DNA of 64,000 nt, taken from positions 81,526-145,525 of IMG/VR virus record IMGVR_UViG_3300042564_004498. The stretch is one strand, 5' to 3'. The notes beneath the pieces are model-generated. The model saw nothing but the letters and a program-made list of their open reading frames with translations, had not been told where the DNA came from and made no database searches. This stretch comes from a virus. This document shows positions 37,414 to 47,977 of this stretch, in pieces. Each line of letters opens with the position of its first letter. Position 1 is the first letter of the stretch. The position numbers and the translations under genes are program-made.

Positions 37414-38022
37414 CTACCAAATTTCTTTCATCTTCATATAACCTAAAGCGGCACTATAAGCATCTGAAGAGTCAAAATTTTCTTTTTTAAGTGTATTGTT
37501 TCTGGTATAATTCCAAACAATTTGAGGTTCTCGTTTGGAGACTTGTTCCCATATTACGACTTTTTTATCAATGTCTTTTGGTAGACCACCGAATAAAACA
37601 TATTTTCCTTTGTCGTTGGGTTGTACTAAGTGTGGGAAGGCAAATTTTCTTGAATTGTAAGTAGAAATGAATTCTGGCACAACACCTAATATATCATATA
37701 CTTCTTTACAAACAAGGGTATTAAATCTTAATAGTGTTCCAACGGTATAAACATTATTTGAGTTTAAAAGTGGCTCCTCAATAATAACATAGGTGATTCC
37801 CATACCGACGTACGCCAAAAGTTTTTCTCTGAAGATGTTACTTTTTAACATTAACTCTTCAATCTTATTTTCAACTTTAGGTTTTGGTGTTGGAGAAACA
37901 TGAGTAAGTTCCAATAATTGTTGTGATTGAATATCAAATAACGCAAACCCAATTGTTTTTGTTGAAACATCTAACCCCAATACTTTTGGAGTATTTAATT
38001 CAATTTGTTGTCTATTTGTCAT
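37414..38022 (-). CDS. RuvC-like Holliday junction resolvase
   Basis: LGLDVSTKTIGFA, IIEEP, DSSDAYSAALG. Confidence 0.8.
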   Translation of the reverse strand: MTNRQQIELNTPKVLGLDVSTKTIGFALFDIQSQQLLELTHVSPTPKPKVENKIEELMLKSNIFREKLLAYVGMGITYVIIEEPLLNSNNVYTVGTLLRFNTLVCKEVYDILGVVPEFISTYNSRKFAFPHLVQPNDKGKYVLFGGLPKDIDKKVVIWEQVSKREPQIVWNYTRNNTLKKENFDSSDAYSAALGYMKMKEIW

Positions 38023-38100
38023 AATTAGAAAATTTGGGCTTCTATTATTCTCCCGTATTGATTATAAATTAACAAAATGAAATTGATTGTAAAGTTCTTA

Positions 38101-40314
38101 TTAAAAGTCTAATTTAACAACAAACTGTTGAATCCCTTGTCTTAACTCAGGAGATTGTAATTTTGAAATGACAATAAGGTCATAATTAGAATCATAAAGA
38201 GCTATCTCGGTTACATATGATTTTGTCCCTTTTGTCCATGTTGGGTTTGAAGTATTTGTAAATTGGTTACGATTTAAGTTAATAAGGTAATTCATTTCAT
38301 AAATTGTTGCGGTGATATCTGTTTCTAAATTCCCATAGAAATAAAACTCATCTCCAAAATTCATTTGACTAGTTTGTCCATTAAGAGGTAAACTTAATAT
38401 TGGTCCTAAATTGTAATAAGTTACACCAGTAGTTGGATTATAGTTATTAGTTGTAATTTGGAATGTTGTCCCTGTTATTGCATCCTGAGTAATATATCCG
38501 TTTGTTAAAGTCATACCTGTAGTCACATCAATAACTCTCCAAGCAGTTGGTGATGGTCTTGTATCACCAGTAACTATTTGACATAACAATTTCATTGAAT
38601 TTGCCGAGTATCCTGAAAATTCTACTTGTGATAAAAAATTAAATTCTGCTCCAAATCTAACAGCAACATTTAATGTGTTAGCAGTAACAGTTACATTAGG
38701 TCTAATTAAACTGTAATAGTTACAATGTAATGAGCTTGTTGCTCCTGAATTGGTATCAAATCTATATGTCACCCACATTCTTTCATCAGGGTTTGTTAAA
38801 ACACCTGTTGCAGTTGCATTATCAAAATCACAAGTATTAGGTGTTAATAATGATAATTTTGGGGCTGGTAATGTCCAGTTTCTATTTGATTTGTATGACA
38901 TTGCTGCAATTACTTCTTCATCATCAATAACTATAGTTTCTTGGTCAGGGAATACTTTACCAATTCTATTTAAATTACCATTATCATCAGGATTTGTATC
39001 CCACAAATGATAATATCTAATACCAGGGTCATTCATATCAAGATTTTTTGTGGATTTGATATAATATGGAATACATAACCCATTATAACCAGGTGGGTCA
39101 ATCCAAAATGTTTGCCCAATAGTATTTCCTGAAGATTTATGCCACATTAAAGTAGGGATAGTTAATTTAAAGTGTCTAGCTAATCCAATATCATTGGTAG
39201 GGTTTTGAGGGTCGTAAGGTTGTGTTGCGAATTTTTCCCCATAAACATTATCAATATCTTGATTAGTATAATGAATAATTGCAATTGCCTTTTGGTCTTG
39301 AGGTCTAACTAACATTGGTTCATCAAATGAATTAAAATAGTAAACTTGACTAGTATCTGTTTGACCACTTGGTTCTTGGTAACCTAAATATTCTTTAGTT
39401 CCAATGTATGTTGCGGAATTATATTGAGTAAAATCTTCATAAGTACTTGCATAAACACCCGCAGGACTTTCACTCCATGGAATATTCATATTCCAAATTA
39501 AAGTGTTTTCACGATTTCTTACATCACAAGGAGATTCAAAATTAAGAGTGTCTGTTTGCCAAAAAGGGGCTGGTGTTATAAAATCATACAATTGAGTCAT
39601 ACCTGATGGATAAACATAAATCCTAGCGTAATAACTATCAGGAATTAATCCTGTATATGTTGGTAACTTCCTATCTAATGTTATTGTAAATGTATCACCA
39701 GTGGTCCCTGTAACAGGGTTCATCCCTTGAATTTTATAGGTTAAAATTTGATTTGTACCAAAGTTGCCACACCCTCCGTTACCATCCAAAACAATAGTTA
39801 CATAATCATTAATTTGAGGAGTTCCTGTTGTTGTTTGATTACAAGTATTAGGGTCAAACTCAATATTAATTGTTGTTTGTCCTGTCATTGTTGACATATC
39901 AATCCAATAATTTGATGTAATTGTATAAGCAGAAGATGTTTCTATTAAAGTAGATGCTGATGTAAAAAACCCTTTAGGTCCTGCTGCATTATAAACAGAT
40001 TGTATTTGGTTATCCATAAAAGGAATACCGTAGGTACCTCCATTACTTCCTTCAACATAATAAGGATATTTAACATTTTGTTTATTTGATTGTGGTGAAC
40101 CAGTATCATTTTGAGCGTTAAATGCTGGCATCAAAATATTATTATTTGTTTGGTTATAAGCAGGAGACGCCGACTTTAATGCGGTGTAATTCACCTCACT
40201 ATCTCCTATTTGAAAATAAGAAATAGTAAAATTACCTTGAGAGATATTTCTTCTTCCAACGTCGGTTAACCTTGTATTAATCAGCCCTGCTGTATTTTTA
40301 ATAATATATGCCAT
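38101..40314 (-). CDS. Virion structural protein (baseplate/tail-associated)
   Basis: N-terminal LTDVGRRNISQG..YFQIGDSEVNY; C-terminal VTEIALYD..LIVISKL..VVKLDF; TATTTAT upstream. Confidence 0.65.
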   Translation of the reverse strand: MAYIIKNTAGLINTRLTDVGRRNISQGNFTISYFQIGDSEVNYTALKSASPAYNQTNNNILMPAFNAQNDTGSPQSNKQNVKYPYYVEGSNGGTYGIPFMDNQIQSVYNAAGPKGFFTSASTLIETSSAYTITSNYWIDMSTMTGQTTINIEFDPNTCNQTTTGTPQINDYVTIVLDGNGGCGNFGTNQILTYKIQGMNPVTGTTGDTFTITLDRKLPTYTGLIPDSYYARIYVYPSGMTQLYDFITPAPFWQTDTLNFESPCDVRNRENTLIWNMNIPWSESPAGVYASTYEDFTQYNSATYIGTKEYLGYQEPSGQTDTSQVYYFNSFDEPMLVRPQDQKAIAIIHYTNQDIDNVYGEKFATQPYDPQNPTNDIGLARHFKLTIPTLMWHKSSGNTIGQTFWIDPPGYNGLCIPYYIKSTKNLDMNDPGIRYYHLWDTNPDDNGNLNRIGKVFPDQETIVIDDEEVIAAMSYKSNRNWTLPAPKLSLLTPNTCDFDNATATGVLTNPDERMWVTYRFDTNSGATSSLHCNYYSLIRPNVTVTANTLNVAVRFGAEFNFLSQVEFSGYSANSMKLLCQIVTGDTRPSPTAWRVIDVTTGMTLTNGYITQDAITGTTFQITTNNYNPTTGVTYYNLGPILSLPLNGQTSQMNFGDEFYFYGNLETDITATIYEMNYLINLNRNQFTNTSNPTWTKGTKSYVTEIALYDSNYDLIVISKLQSPELRQGIQQFVVKLDF

Positions 40315-40340
40315 TGTTAATAAATATTTGTTATATTTTT

Positions 40341-42911
40341 TTATTCTAAAAGACTACAATTGATTACGTCAGAAGGACAAGGGTCTAATTGAAAAACACA
40401 TCCTTGACCATAATCACAGTAGTAACCTCCACCATAAGTACAACCAACCTCAACCGCTAAACAAACAACATTTGATATGTCATTTTTGTCTCTAATTGCA
40501 ACATAGTTAAGTCCATTAGGTACTGATGTGTATGTGTTACTTCCTGTAACATCAACAAACGACCCTGCTAAAGCAGCTCCACATCCGGTGTAATAAGTAC
40601 TTGTCATTTGATATTCACCTGAACCTCCTACAAAACGATTAAAAACTACTGAAGCTTCTTCAGTGTTTGCACAATAGACATTTGATTTTGCATTTACTGA
40701 TAAAACAATATCATCAGACCCTGGAGTATAATCTAAAGTATTTTCGTTAATTGTTAAGAATTGTGAATCCGCAACCACATCACAACAAGAACATCCTAAT
40801 ATTGATGGTGTAATCAATTGTGCATATATCAGTTGTGTTAAATTAGTCAAACAATTATTAGCTTCTTGTCCATCCACAATTGACAATGTTGAGGTATCAA
40901 GAATAATCACAGGAGATGTTCTACTTACCTTTAAATTATAGGTGTCAGCTTCAGAAATTATTGTTTGTTCATTCGGACTACAATTAGGTCTTGTTGTTGC
41001 CCCATCAGATATTGATTGTGTTAAAGTTGGTGTTTTAACAACACCTCCTTGTGTTACATTGAATGTATCCGTAATTGTTCCAGTACCTGGCCCATTATAA
41101 GTTTTTTGTGATGATAACACTAATCCAAATTCTATTTCAACACCTATAGGTAATTCAGGAACTGTAATAATTTGTACTGTTGTTGTTCTTGAATTAAAGT
41201 TTGGTGTTACACTACTAACAACATTGTCAGTATTTGCGCTTACTGTTAATTGGTAAGTTACAGGTATTTCGTCATAAGATACTGTAATTGTTTGTGTAAC
41301 TACGGTACCAAGAGCATCTTGTACTGTTATTGTATAAGATTTAGGGCATAATCCACCAAAATAATTATTACTTTGATATGTGTTACCACCATCAATTGAA
41401 TACAAGTATGGAGCTGCTCCATTAAACGCTGAAACCGTGATTCCACCATTACATTTAGTTCCGGTATTACAACTACTATTTTCTGCCATTAATGAAATTT
41501 GTAAAGGTATTGTTGTAGGGCAAGTCCCTTTAGTCACTGAGATTGTTCCGATTGCTTTTCCTCCATAATAATTCCATGAAGAATTAGGTATTTCAGAAGT
41601 ATTTGTACTTGCAAGTATACTATCCTGTAATGTAAATAACTCAGTTGTACCAAGAACATAAATTTCCCATCTATTATTAGTTAAACTCCATATTATTTCA
41701 TTTCTACTATCACTCCAAGTAAATTTACCATTTTTATATCCATTACATACAAATTGATAAGGCCCTTCAGTTGCCAACCCACTACTGTCATAAGTTATTA
41801 AACAAAGGTTAACACATTTCAATGGTGACGTAGGTGTTGGAGTTGTCGTAGGTGTTGGAGTTGGAGCATTAGTTGCCGCCATTAGACTACATATTGTTGT
41901 TGCAGTATAATCACCATAGTAATCAACCACCGTTACCTCATAATCACCCTGAGCCATCCCTACCAATGTTTGGCTTCTTTGCCCACGGGCCCAATTATAT
42001 GTATAAGGACTTGTCCCTCCTGTCACAATTAAAGATAAAATACCATCTAACGACTTTGAATTACTCGGTTGTACAATAGGGTTACAAGTAATTCCCATTT
42101 CAAATAAAGTAAAAACATCACAATTATTTTTAAGTTTACGAACTTGACTATTTGTTGGTGTCTGTGTTGGAGTTCTTGTTAATGTAGGTGTGGTTGTACT
42201 TGTTGGTGTTACTGTTGGAGTATTAGTATTAGTTGGTGTTGGTGTTTGAGTTCCTGTTGGTGTTGGTGTTGGACAATTTACTGATGCCGGGCTAAATAAT
42301 TTAGTAACTCCATTAGATGAACTACCATAATTTAATGTAACCAAAATACCTACCTCAGTTCCTTGTATAAAATTCCCACAACAATCCGTGTAATAGTAAT
42401 TACCTGTTGTAACACCTTGTCCACATGATATTGGTGTTGTAGATGGTGTTGGGTTAGGTGTTCTTGTATTGGTTGGAGTACTTGTATTAGTTGGAGTATT
42501 AGTTGGTGTTCTAGTTAAAGTTGGCGTTTGAGTTGGTGTTCCTGTGTTAGTTGGAGTTTGAGTTGGTGTTTGAGTTGGTGATAACGACGGTTCTGGTTCG
42601 GGAGGAGACCCATAACAATCAATAAATGTAGTACAATTAGTTTCTAAATTTGTAAATGTTACTGCAGGTACATAAACATTTGGACCGGTAAACCCATATC
42701 GTGTTGTAGGAGTCAACCCATTACCAACACAAAGATAAAGTGTATATCCATCTGCACCGTCTATTAAAGGAAATGTGTAAAGACTACTATTAGTGTAAAA
42801 TCCATTACATTGTAAATACCCAATATACAATGGATTACCACCACTTTGAGCGTCATCTATTGGTACAAAGACTTCAAAACAATTACAAAATTCTATTGGT
42901 ACTGCTGCCAT
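40341..42911 (-). CDS. Cys-rich, Pro/Thr-repeat virion protein with SprB-like repeats
   Basis: TPT tracts; GGTSPYTYNW..GDYEVTVVD and GAAPYLYSIDGG..YTITVQD. Confidence 0.75.
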   Translation of the reverse strand: MAAVPIEFCNCFEVFVPIDDAQSGGNPLYIGYLQCNGFYTNSSLYTFPLIDGADGYTLYLCVGNGLTPTTRYGFTGPNVYVPAVTFTNLETNCTTFIDCYGSPPEPEPSLSPTQTPTQTPTNTGTPTQTPTLTRTPTNTPTNTSTPTNTRTPNPTPSTTPISCGQGVTTGNYYYTDCCGNFIQGTEVGILVTLNYGSSSNGVTKLFSPASVNCPTPTPTGTQTPTPTNTNTPTVTPTSTTTPTLTRTPTQTPTNSQVRKLKNNCDVFTLFEMGITCNPIVQPSNSKSLDGILSLIVTGGTSPYTYNWARGQRSQTLVGMAQGDYEVTVVDYYGDYTATTICSLMAATNAPTPTPTTTPTPTSPLKCVNLCLITYDSSGLATEGPYQFVCNGYKNGKFTWSDSRNEIIWSLTNNRWEIYVLGTTELFTLQDSILASTNTSEIPNSSWNYYGGKAIGTISVTKGTCPTTIPLQISLMAENSSCNTGTKCNGGITVSAFNGAAPYLYSIDGGNTYQSNNYFGGLCPKSYTITVQDALGTVVTQTITVSYDEIPVTYQLTVSANTDNVVSSVTPNFNSRTTTVQIITVPELPIGVEIEFGLVLSSQKTYNGPGTGTITDTFNVTQGGVVKTPTLTQSISDGATTRPNCSPNEQTIISEADTYNLKVSRTSPVIILDTSTLSIVDGQEANNCLTNLTQLIYAQLITPSILGCSCCDVVADSQFLTINENTLDYTPGSDDIVLSVNAKSNVYCANTEEASVVFNRFVGGSGEYQMTSTYYTGCGAALAGSFVDVTGSNTYTSVPNGLNYVAIRDKNDISNVVCLAVEVGCTYGGGYYCDYGQGCVFQLDPCPSDVINCSLLE

Positions 42912-42972
42912 TATTAATTCCTTTTATTATAAGTATAATCTTTAGTTATTTTATCTGTAGATTTTATTGTTA

Positions 42973-44259
42973 TTAACATCCTGATGGGTCTGAAGAAGTG
43001 ATTTGCCCTAACCCTCCTGTCACAACATATATCGCAGTTCCGTTTGAATAATAACCATTCACTGTAGGGATTGTTAATCCTGAATTAGAGTATAAATACT
43101 CTCCAATATTTGGTCCGATTCCTCCCGAGACTGTTCCATAAATTGTACTTGGTGATGAAATATAATCATTACAAGCATCAATTTCATTTGCACCAAAACC
43201 TAAACTATACACATAATAAGACCTTGTTGGTGTTTGAGTTTGAGTTGGAGTTTCTGTATTTGTAGGTGTATTTGTAGGAGTATTAGTTGGTGTTTCTGTA
43301 TTAGTCGGAGTTGAGGTGGGTGTTAATCCTATAGTAACCGAAGGTGTTGGTGTTATTGTTTCAGTTGGTGTTGGTGTCATTGTTTCGGTTGGTGTTGGTG
43401 TCTCTGTATTAGTTGGAGTGTTTGTTGGCGTTTCAGTATTAGTCGGAGTGTTGGTTGGTGTCTCGGTATTAGTCGGAGTGTTTGTTGATGTTTGAGTATT
43501 AGTTGGAGTACTTGTAGATGTTTGAGTTTGGGTAATAGTTGGCGTTGGCGTTTGACCAATAGTTGGAGTATTAGTCGGTGTTGACGTAATAGTTGGCGTA
43601 GGAGTAATTAAATTAGTACAAAGTACATAACTCATAATTTGACCAGATAAGTTTATTTGAACTGCGTAATAAAGACCTCCCCAATACATTAGAATAAATC
43701 TATCTTGACCATCATATGGTGTGTATAAAACTCCATCATATAAATTTTGATAAACAGTAACTCCAATAACAGGAATTAAATTCGCCTCATTTATGTAAGT
43801 GTATAATACAGTTAAAGATAATGTATCACTACAAGTGTTTGCCGAAGTGGTAAAAGTATTTTGACCAATAAAATGTGAAGAAGCAATTGGTGTTACTGAA
43901 GGAGTAGGTGTTTGAGTTGCAGTGTTTGTTGGTGTTGCAGTGTTTGTTGTAGTATTTGTTGGTGTTTGAGTTGGTGTTGATGTGCTAGTTGATGTGACTG
44001 TAGGGGTTTGTGTCATCGTAGGTGTAACACTAGCGGTCGGAGTTGGTGTGATATAAACAAATTCACCATCAATACATCCGTTAGTATCAATAATTTTAAT
44101 TAAATAAGTAGAATTGTCTACAGGGTCAGGAACTTCAAACGTAAATGGTACTACCGAGATTGTTGCAACATATACACAATCTCCGCTAGTAGGCCCGCAA
44201 TAGTAAATTTCGGCCGGTGTGTTTGCAGTTATTGATGTTATTGTTACTAGTTGTCCCAT
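42973..44259 (-). CDS. Pro/Thr-repeat (mucin-like) virion protein
   Basis: Long TPTNTETPTNTPT tracts between small beta domains. Confidence 0.75.
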   Translation of the reverse strand: MGQLVTITSITANTPAEIYYCGPTSGDCVYVATISVVPFTFEVPDPVDNSTYLIKIIDTNGCIDGEFVYITPTPTASVTPTMTQTPTVTSTSTSTPTQTPTNTTTNTATPTNTATQTPTPSVTPIASSHFIGQNTFTTSANTCSDTLSLTVLYTYINEANLIPVIGVTVYQNLYDGVLYTPYDGQDRFILMYWGGLYYAVQINLSGQIMSYVLCTNLITPTPTITSTPTNTPTIGQTPTPTITQTQTSTSTPTNTQTSTNTPTNTETPTNTPTNTETPTNTPTNTETPTPTETMTPTPTETITPTPSVTIGLTPTSTPTNTETPTNTPTNTPTNTETPTQTQTPTRSYYVYSLGFGANEIDACNDYISSPSTIYGTVSGGIGPNIGEYLYSNSGLTIPTVNGYYSNGTAIYVVTGGLGQITSSDPSGC

Positions 44260-44477
44260 TATTGTACTATTGTTGTTCCTACTATGACACAGTTATTTGA
44301 ATCGATAACTTTTAACATATACGAAGGTGATGTATTATATGGCGCTGGTATATCAAAAACATATGGTATTACAGATGTTGTTGAATAGTAAAAACATCCC
44401 GTACCATTTGCTTGACATACGTAGATATCATAAGGTGATTGACCTGTTATTGAACTAATTGTTACCTGTACCGCCAT
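44259..44477 (-). CDS. Small beta-rich protein paralogous to the N-terminus of 42973..44259
   Basis: VTISSITG..YDIYVC..C..P..F..P.P..Y..KVIDSNNC. Confidence 0.75.
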   Translation of the reverse strand: MAVQVTISSITGQSPYDIYVCQANGTGCFYYSTTSVIPYVFDIPAPYNTSPSYMLKVIDSNNCVIVGTTIVQ

Positions 44478-47400
44478 TATTTATTTTTTTTTCTTCTTTT
44501 TTTAGATGTTATTAATTTATAAACCATGACAGAGAATTTATTACCAACATAATGTATCAATTTTCCAAGTTTATTATCTTCAGGTAATACTCCCATCATA
44601 TAAGCCATGTGTTCAGACCAAGGTTTAGTTATTAAATAGAAATATTTAGAATATTGTGGATGTTTAGTTAAGAAATTAACCACAGGTTTTGCCCAAGTTA
44701 AATAACCAAACAATCCTTCTCTATTTGTTTTTAACATTAATCTACCAAACTTCTCATCCGCTTCCCAAATTTCTTTAGGTAAGAATCCTTGACGATATAA
44801 TAAATCACATATGATTTTTGAACCTGTTCCACCCCCTATTGGACCTATTGGCCCAACTATAATTCCAACACAAGAATTACCTATTTCTACAATAGTACCT
44901 GTGTTATCAATTCTAAATGAACCGTAAAAAGACAAGAATGACCCCGAAGCTGCATACCAACCAGGTGTTGTCACTAATGTTGGCGACCCAAACAGTGGAT
45001 TATTATAAAGTTGGGAACCAATTGTAATTCCATTAGTAAAAGTATAAAACCCTAATACAGCTCCTGCGGAATTACCTGCAAAACAAGCTGCTGAATTACC
45101 ATCATACGGACCAACTACGTTATAAGTTTGTACAGGTGCTGGTGGAGTATAAGTTAAACAACTATTACAATCATTAAAAACATTTGAAGTATATCCCGCA
45201 AAGAAATCAACACTAGAAGTTAATGGGAAAACCGTTGATGGTGCAGCATAACCTGTATTAAATCTTCCAAGATAATTCCAACAAGTTCCATAAACATTAA
45301 AACATTGTCCTTCCGTTGTCACCAAAGGAGATTTTACATCTTGAATCATTTGTGTTTTAAGAGTATTTGGTGATATTGGATTACAACTTTCATACACATA
45401 AACATAATTAGGTGTTGTTGAAGGTGTCGGTGTTACAGTTGGTGTTGTTGTCTGAGTTGGTGTTTGAGTTAATGTTTGATTAGGTGTTGGAGGTGGTGTA
45501 GTACCTATCGTTGCTGTTGTTGTTGGTGTTACAGTATTTGTTGGAGTGTTCGTAGGTGTTTTAGTTTGGGTTGGAGTTGGCGTAGATGTAGAACTAGACG
45601 TTACTGTAGGTGTTGGTGTTGGATATACATTACAATTACTACAAACCGCATAAATCTGAAGTATACTATTAACATTTGCATTTGACGATATATTATCATT
45701 ATCACTAATATAAGTAACACAATGCAATCCACCAGCAATTTCAACTAACATACTCATTCCAATGACAACAGGTACTCCCAAATACACAAGACTATTTGTA
45801 ACATAGTATTCTTGACCTGATTGACAATCTATAAGTACTTTAACCGACACACAAGTAAATGTTTCATCTAACATTTGGAATGTTGCTTGTCCTGACGCAT
45901 TAACAGTTCTTGTTAAAGTAACCGAAGGTGTTAAAGTAACTGTTGGTGTTACGGCTGGAGTATATCCACTCATACTAAATGAAATTCCAACACCATTACA
46001 AATATCACCCGTTGGTGTAGGTGTTGGCGTCACCCCTAAAGTATCAAATGTAAAATTCACATCGTCACATGCAATACTTGGCGTTGGTGTTGGTAATGGT
46101 TCCCAATCACAATCAAAATATGCTGTAAAATCAAAAATAGAACAATTAACCGCTGTTGGCGTTGGCGTTGGACAAATACCTGTAGTAAAACTATTGGCTG
46201 AAATGTCAGGACAATCTGATTTACATGGACTAGCACCTGTTAAATAACAAGTACCTCCTAAACTATTAGATAAACACCAATATGTTGTTGTGATAGAACT
46301 ATAATAATAAATTACACCAGCACTCGTACCGTCACCTGAATAACTCGGAAAACCATTATATGTTGACCCTGCGGTATAATTTCCACTATAACCCGATAAT
46401 GATGGCAAAGTTGTGTAAAAACAAAATTGACTATATTCACATGCAAAAGGTGTTGGGGATGGTGTTGGAGTGTTACCCGGTGTTGCAGTATTTGTTGGTG
46501 TTATAGTGTTTGTTGGTGTTGTGGTGTTTGTTGGTGTTGTGGTGGGTGTAGATGTATTGGTTGGTGTTGGTGTTGGACACGCCATTTGACCAATAAACAC
46601 ACTACCAATAGATGGATATACAGTTCCAATAGCAGAATAAGTTATTACCGTGGCAATGCCATTAAAATAAGGCCCTGTAATTGAATATACATCACCAACA
46701 GATAATGTACCAGGGACATTTTCAAATCTAAATTGATTTGAAGGATTACTACATTCCTCAAATAAATAAATATCGTATGGTTCACTTGGTGTTACTGTTG
46801 GAGTCGCAGTATTAGTTGGTGTTACTGTTGGGGTTGTAGTATTAGTTGGTGTATTTGTTGGAGTTGCAGTATTAGTTGGTGTTGGACTAGGTGTCGGTGG
46901 TGGTGGCTCACAATCACCATCTGCAGTACAACCATCTCCTGCAAATATAATTGCATTTGTTAAAGTCACCGTTGACCCTAAAGGCCCATAACGAAAATAT
47001 GGATATCCCCCTGAGTCGGTACATATGTAATATGTGTTATAACCAGGATTTATTGTAGTATTATATGGCATTGATGTAACCATATTTAATAATATAGTAT
47101 CCCCAAAATTATTGAGATAATCTACATATAAATCATCAACACCATCCGTAAGCTCCGATGGATAGACTCCAGTCCCATTAGGGATTTCAAGAGTAAAACA
47201 TTTTCCAATTGTACAAGGATAATAGTCTATAAGAAGACCTGTCCCACCACTAATAGTATAACAACCATAAGGTGCAATACCTGTTGCAGAACTATAATAC
47301 CCATCTGGTAAAACATTTGTACAAGGACTATTATTATCATAAAATATTGATAGACCTACTATTGGCGGGTTATAATTTGAATATACGTCAACAGAATTAT

Positions 47401-47812
47401 CAATAGTACAGGCGGTATAACAACTAATTGTACTATAATTAAATTTCTGAAGATAAATACATCCAGCCTCTGTTTGAGTTGGTGTATTTGTTGGCGTTTG
47501 AGTCGGAGTTTCCGTTGGTGATGGTGTAGGAGGAATACAAGGGACACCAGGTGCTTCTGTACTATTAATTGCACTAACAACTATATCACTATTATAATAA
47601 TAAAGGTATGGATACCCATATGTAAAATAATCGGTACAAGCTGACGCAGTATAAGGACCTGCAACCGTAAACGGTTCCGTAACTACATTACCATAACAAT
47701 CATAATAGTCAACAAATACAGTGTTATCCAAAAAAGGATACACATTACTGTTTGATGTTGCAGCAGCAATATCAATACTACTAATCGTTAATTCTAAATA
47801 AGTACAAGCCAT
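44477..47812 (-). CDS. Large Cys-rich Pro/Thr-repeat virion protein with C-terminal KIIC..LY..G domain
   Basis: 1111 aa; several TPT linkers. Confidence 0.75.
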   Translation of the reverse strand: MACTYLELTISSIDIAAATSNSNVYPFLDNTVFVDYYDCYGNVVTEPFTVAGPYTASACTDYFTYGYPYLYYYNSDIVVSAINSTEAPGVPCIPPTPSPTETPTQTPTNTPTQTEAGCIYLQKFNYSTISCYTACTIDNSVDVYSNYNPPIVGLSIFYDNNSPCTNVLPDGYYSSATGIAPYGCYTISGGTGLLIDYYPCTIGKCFTLEIPNGTGVYPSELTDGVDDLYVDYLNNFGDTILLNMVTSMPYNTTINPGYNTYYICTDSGGYPYFRYGPLGSTVTLTNAIIFAGDGCTADGDCEPPPPTPSPTPTNTATPTNTPTNTTTPTVTPTNTATPTVTPSEPYDIYLFEECSNPSNQFRFENVPGTLSVGDVYSITGPYFNGIATVITYSAIGTVYPSIGSVFIGQMACPTPTPTNTSTPTTTPTNTTTPTNTITPTNTATPGNTPTPSPTPFACEYSQFCFYTTLPSLSGYSGNYTAGSTYNGFPSYSGDGTSAGVIYYYSSITTTYWCLSNSLGGTCYLTGASPCKSDCPDISANSFTTGICPTPTPTAVNCSIFDFTAYFDCDWEPLPTPTPSIACDDVNFTFDTLGVTPTPTPTGDICNGVGISFSMSGYTPAVTPTVTLTPSVTLTRTVNASGQATFQMLDETFTCVSVKVLIDCQSGQEYYVTNSLVYLGVPVVIGMSMLVEIAGGLHCVTYISDNDNISSNANVNSILQIYAVCSNCNVYPTPTPTVTSSSTSTPTPTQTKTPTNTPTNTVTPTTTATIGTTPPPTPNQTLTQTPTQTTTPTVTPTPSTTPNYVYVYESCNPISPNTLKTQMIQDVKSPLVTTEGQCFNVYGTCWNYLGRFNTGYAAPSTVFPLTSSVDFFAGYTSNVFNDCNSCLTYTPPAPVQTYNVVGPYDGNSAACFAGNSAGAVLGFYTFTNGITIGSQLYNNPLFGSPTLVTTPGWYAASGSFLSFYGSFRIDNTGTIVEIGNSCVGIIVGPIGPIGGGTGSKIICDLLYRQGFLPKEIWEADEKFGRLMLKTNREGLFGYLTWAKPVVNFLTKHPQYSKYFYLITKPWSEHMAYMMGVLPEDNKLGKLIHYVGNKFSVMVYKLITSKKRRKKNK

Positions 47813-47977
47813 AATTTTTCCCTTACACTATAAATAACCTAATATTGGTTTTTATACAAAATAAAAGATAGAATGATTATAATTTTAATAAAGATGTTAT
47901 TTCTGTTATTTTAATTAAGACATTTAGACATAAATTAGCTCCCTCAATTGAAGTTATTAAAGAGAAACTATTGTAAA

